Part shown: piece after piece, positions 59,931-64,000 of the stretch
How the letters are laid out: every line of letters begins with the position of its first letter
Position numbering within the stretch: the first letter of the stretch is position 1
Assembly (NCBI RefSeq): GCF_024521635.1
Contig: NW_026250447.1
Coordinates: 1 to 64,000, forward strand
From: Tricharina praecox
Taxonomy: Eukaryota
Direction: 5' to 3'
DNA length: 64,000 nucleotides
The notes under the pieces: generated by a model
The model's database searches: none
Told to the model about the DNA's origin: nothing
What the model saw: only the letters and a program-made list of their open reading frames with translations
Position numbers and translations under genes: made by a program

Positions 59931-60614
59931 GGTGGGACTTGTGCGAGAGGCATAATGAGCATACCTACATCCACCTCGCTAGTTGACCTTTTATTTCACA
60001 CGTGCTGCAAAGGCCTCAGCGTCGGGCGCCGTTTACCGCTCGTGTTCCCTCGCAAGACAAGTCGTATACATTCATTCCGCAACAGTGCCGTAGTCAGTAA
60101 ACACGACAATCCTCTCGCCCCCAAGATACCGCAGTACAATGCATGTGCCCACCTGTGACCTATCTGAAATCGCTGCCTGACCAGTGGCCAACCAATCACG
60201 GCAGTGTTTCCCAACCGATTCATGCAGAGAAACTCCAGTGACACCTCTCCGCCGCTTGCCATCCAGTTGCCTTACAACTGTCATCCCTTTCCTGTAACGC
60301 GAGGACATCATGGTGTGTCACTCCAAGAACGAATCATATCTCATGTTCTGGTGGCACCCACGCGCTTCCCGGTAGGATGGTTGGATTAGCTAATAGTCGC
60401 ACCATGTTACACAGTCTCAACCGGCGAGCACCTCGTACCAAAACGTCAAGTCCGGCGTAACATCGCTGATCACGATTGACCGCCATAAAGCGCGAGGCAG
60501 GGGATGAAAGAGGGGTAGGTACCATGCATCTGCTCAGACATATAAACCTTGTTTTCCTCCGGTGCCATACAATGCAGTGACCGACTTCCCACTCCCCACC
60601 ACACACGGTACACT

Positions 60615-63437
60615 ATGAACGCGATCCACCTCTGCGGCCCGTGCAATCTCACCTTCCCCGACCGCCCCACGCTCGCAGCGCACTGCGCTGCGGAACAGCA
60701 TCCGTGCTGCCAATTCTGCAACGCGTACTGTATCGACATTAGGCAGTTATCGCTGCACCGGCAGCTTTTTCACAATGACGTGCTGCACCGGTACTGCACC
60801 CTGTGCCAGCGCGTGTTTAGGGACGCAGAGGCGCTCCAGACCCATGTTAGATGGAGTCCGCGACATCGCTGGCCGCGGCTGCAACACGGCCTTCCCGCGC
60901 GAGTGGTGGTAAACGAGGATCCGACGGAGGAGGAGGATGATGATTATGAGGAGGAAAATTACTGCGCTACGTGCAATTGGGATTTTTTCAACGCTGAAGC
61001 ATTGGGTTCACACCTGTCGAATCATCCGCGACACCGGGTGCCAGACCTTCCGGAGAATGCCATGGACGATGAGCACCCAGAGACCGAAGAAAGCACCAGC
61101 TTTCAGTCTGATGCGGACAATATTGATTTCCAACTTCGGCGGCAGCTGCAACAGCATTTGGAATCCTCATTGACGGATACCTTTCATCAACTCAATCTTA
61201 GGGTGACGACACAGCAAGATGCCTCGTCAAGTGCTATTGCTAGTACAGTGCCAACCTCACCGGTGCCTGTATCCATTACCGGATCGGAATTCCAACCTCA
61301 ATCCCTCCGGGAACTATGCCCATCGATCATCTTCCAGCCCCCTGTTGTTCTTACTCCGGTAGTTGTTCCACCCGAACCCGTTCCGAGCGCCACAGCGACA
61401 CCCATTCGACCAACAGCGCAACAGGCAGCGCCCGTGCAACCTCGCCGCCGTGCAGCCGACTGTATATCATCCCGCACGCAATACTCCTATGCGGCCAATC
61501 CCCAGCACTCGGGACCAGCAATACGCCCTCCCGTTCCTACACAACCAACACAACCACCGTCGCGCCCGTCAATCCCCAATGTCACCACCGAACGCCGCTG
61601 CACCGAGTGCAGCAAAATGTTCAAAAAGCCCCAAGATTTGCAGCAACACCTGACGTCAACCGGGCACACAATGACGGCCGCTGCGAGCACTCTGTCCCGT
61701 ACAGCTCCAGCTCCAGCGCCGACGCGAACGAACGCTGGACCGCACTGCGCGGATTGCAACAGAGATTACCGCACCGAGGAAGCTCTGCAGCAGCACTGGG
61801 ACGCGAAGCATAAGCAGCGCGCGCCGGAGAATGTGAGAGCAGAGAGCAATGCTCCCCCCGCCCCTCCCGCCGCTCCCGATGCCGCTACCACCCATCCTCC
61901 TGCTCCCGTTCCTATCCCCGTTCCAACCGCCGCCATCGGAACGTCACCTAGCCGCCCAATGGAAGAATTCTTCGCCTCGCACGCATTCGTGCTCGATCAC
62001 TCGCGTAACTACGAAGCCGAATTCCTTCGTCTTTGCGAAGCGCGGGGGTGGCCACTCGGCAGTAGGCAGGGAAACTCGGCGCTGCGCGACTTTCGCGCGG
62101 CGCAGGTGCGAGCATTCGGCGGTGCGACGGTGACAGCGGCGACTCAGACGCAGCGGGTGGTTCCCGACGCTGCTGCTCCCGCTCCTACCGCCGCTCCTGC
62201 CGCCGCACCTACCCGCGCACCTGCTGGCGCTGCTGCCCACGCTTCCGCGCCCGCTGCCACTGCCACTCTCGCTCCCAGAACGGCACTCAGCCAGCCAGTC
62301 GAAGAATTCTTCGCCTCCCACGGGATCGTGCTCAATCACGACAGTAACTACAAAGGGGAGTTCCGCCGTCTTTGCGAAGCGCGTGGGTGGCCTCTCGGCG
62401 GCAGCCAAGCGACCGTTGCGAGGCGAGACCTCCGTGCGGCGCAAGTGCGAGCAATCGACAGTGCGACAGTGACAGCGGTGACCCGGGCGCGGCGGGTGGT
62501 TCCCGCCGCCGCCGCTGTTGCCGCCACTCCTGCCCCCGCTGATGCTCGCGCTCCCGCCGCCGCCGCCACCCGCGTAACAGCACTCGGCCGCCCCGTCGAA
62601 GAGTTCTTCGCCACGCACGCCTTCGTGCTCGATCACTCGCGCAACTACGAAGCGGAGTTCCTCCGTCTCTGCCGCGAGCGCGGATGGGATCTCGCCAGCA
62701 GCCAGGCGACCGCGGCTCGGCGCGACTTCCGCGCGGCGCAGGTGCGCGCATTCGGCGGCGCCACGGTGACAGCGGCCGCGAAGACGCGGCGAGTGGCGGT
62801 CGAACACGCAATACGCGGGTTCTTCGGTAGGTTTAGGGACTTCCAGTTTAATCCGCAGGCACACCACCGCAACGAGTTTGAGCGGCTGTGTGTGCTGCGC
62901 GGGTGGAGCCGTGAATACGGTGCGGGACTTGGCGCATACAGGAGGCTGCAGGCAGCGGAGATCGCCGAATTCGAGGTACAGTTCGGAACTGATCCTAATG
63001 AACCTGAGGCTTGGAGACGGCTCTGCGAGACCGCGGGGATCACGCCGATTCCAAGGACGCTGGATGAGAGGCGGCAGGTATGTAGGATTTCGCTATCGAT
63101 CGGATCTTGCTGACTTCAGAATGTAAAGAAAATCCTGGGGTCGCACATCAACCTGGTCGATATGCTGGACGCTCGGCTGCGGAATGGAAGAGCCAGAATC
63201 TACGATACAGAGAAGGAGTTGGCAGACTATACAAACCGAACTGGAAAGTACATCCGCAAGTCACTAGCATACAACAGTGGCCTCTTAATGTATCTGTTGC
63301 GGGAGATACTCGAAGATAGCCATGGCGATGAGGAGCCGGATGAGCATAAGTACTATGGGGCTAGACCTGGCGGTGTGGGAAGCAAGAGGGGCGAGGGAAC
63401 GGTCCGGGTGCATCCACAGAAACGGCGAAATTTGTGA
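60615..63437 (+). CDS. Multi-C2H2 zinc-finger protein with four FF..EF.RLC..RGW repeats and a conserved fungal uncharacterised C-terminal domain; 2 exons
   Basis: Six Cx2C-x12-H-x4/6-H fingers; repeats at ~61959, 62298, 62595 and 62820. C-terminus FGTD..AWRRLC..GITPIP..|HINLVD..ELADYT..TGKY..LLMYLLREI. Intron 63078-63128 (alternative in-frame acceptor 63119). Confidence 0.88.
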
Positions 63438-63769
63438 GATGAGGAAGAGGGATAGAGGACGATAGCTGGTGCCCTAGTGTGTGTATGTACTCATTGCATG
63501 AAGTTTTATGGGTTCCTATCATGATGCCCGCACTATGCGATACGCCCATTGACCGCATGGGGAGGATCTATCACAGTAGTGACGAGTGGCAGAGAGAAGA
63601 TTAAGAACAGCAGGCTCCTTATGAGCCCAACCGTGAGCTGTCTGCCTGCACCTGTCACTGTAGAACGTCATCCGCTTCCTACTACCTATTATGTAGGTAT
63701 GTAGAGGGATGTCGAACCAACCAGCCCTGGGTCGATACGCCCGCCGCGTTGCTGCTGCACCGGCGTGGT

Positions 63770-64000
63770 TATGATCGGAATCAACATTTTCCCTGTACGG
63801 AAAAAACCCCGCGTGGCCTAACGGTCACGCACCCGGCGGAGTTAGCATTGACAGCGGTCCATCTATCGGGTTTCCAAGCCACCCACCGCGGGTGGTGAGG
63901 GTTTTTGGTTCAAGCCACGGTTCAAACTTCAGTTTTTGTTTTTGCTTAGTCGGCAATTGCTTGCCACCAGGGTAGATCATGGAAATGTAACGCCACCGTC
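63770..64000 (+). repeat. tRNA-related Pol III-type element, copy 2 (runs off the window end)
   Basis: cctgtacggaaaaaacccc-gcgtggcctaacggtcacgc, B-box GGTTCAAGCC at 63907-63916, and a shared downstream gggtagatcatgg. Confidence 0.7.

Overview
This is a 64-kb window from a filamentous ascomycete, judged from the short GT-AG introns with CTAAC/CTGAC branch points and the fungal gene families; the species cannot be determined from sequence alone. Well-supported genes are: an Acr-2-like Zn2Cys6 transcription factor, a SurE/tubulin-tyrosine-ligase fusion (PBY1-like), a SNF2 ATPase, an Mx-like dynamin GTPase, ABCF ARB1, GH38 alpha-mannosidase AMS1, an Argonaute with an intact DEDD tetrad, two secreted Thr-rich proteins, a PEBP, an NAD(P)-binding protein, a small double RING-like protein, an intronless bacterial-type GH78 rhamnosidase and a multi-C2H2 protein with an internally repeated module. 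Non-coding content includes a decayed LINE, an 87-bp retroposed copy of its 3' tail with a 14-bp target-site duplication, and a second dispersed repeat. The two most unusual signals are (1) a TATA-driven, apparently four-intron locus at 37.2-40.2 kb with no continuous ORF that carries five copies of a covarying three-way-junction module, and (2) two direct copies (54.7 kb and 63.8 kb) of a structured element with Pol III A/B boxes that bracket an accessory gene block. All alignments and folds were done by eye and need computational confirmation.
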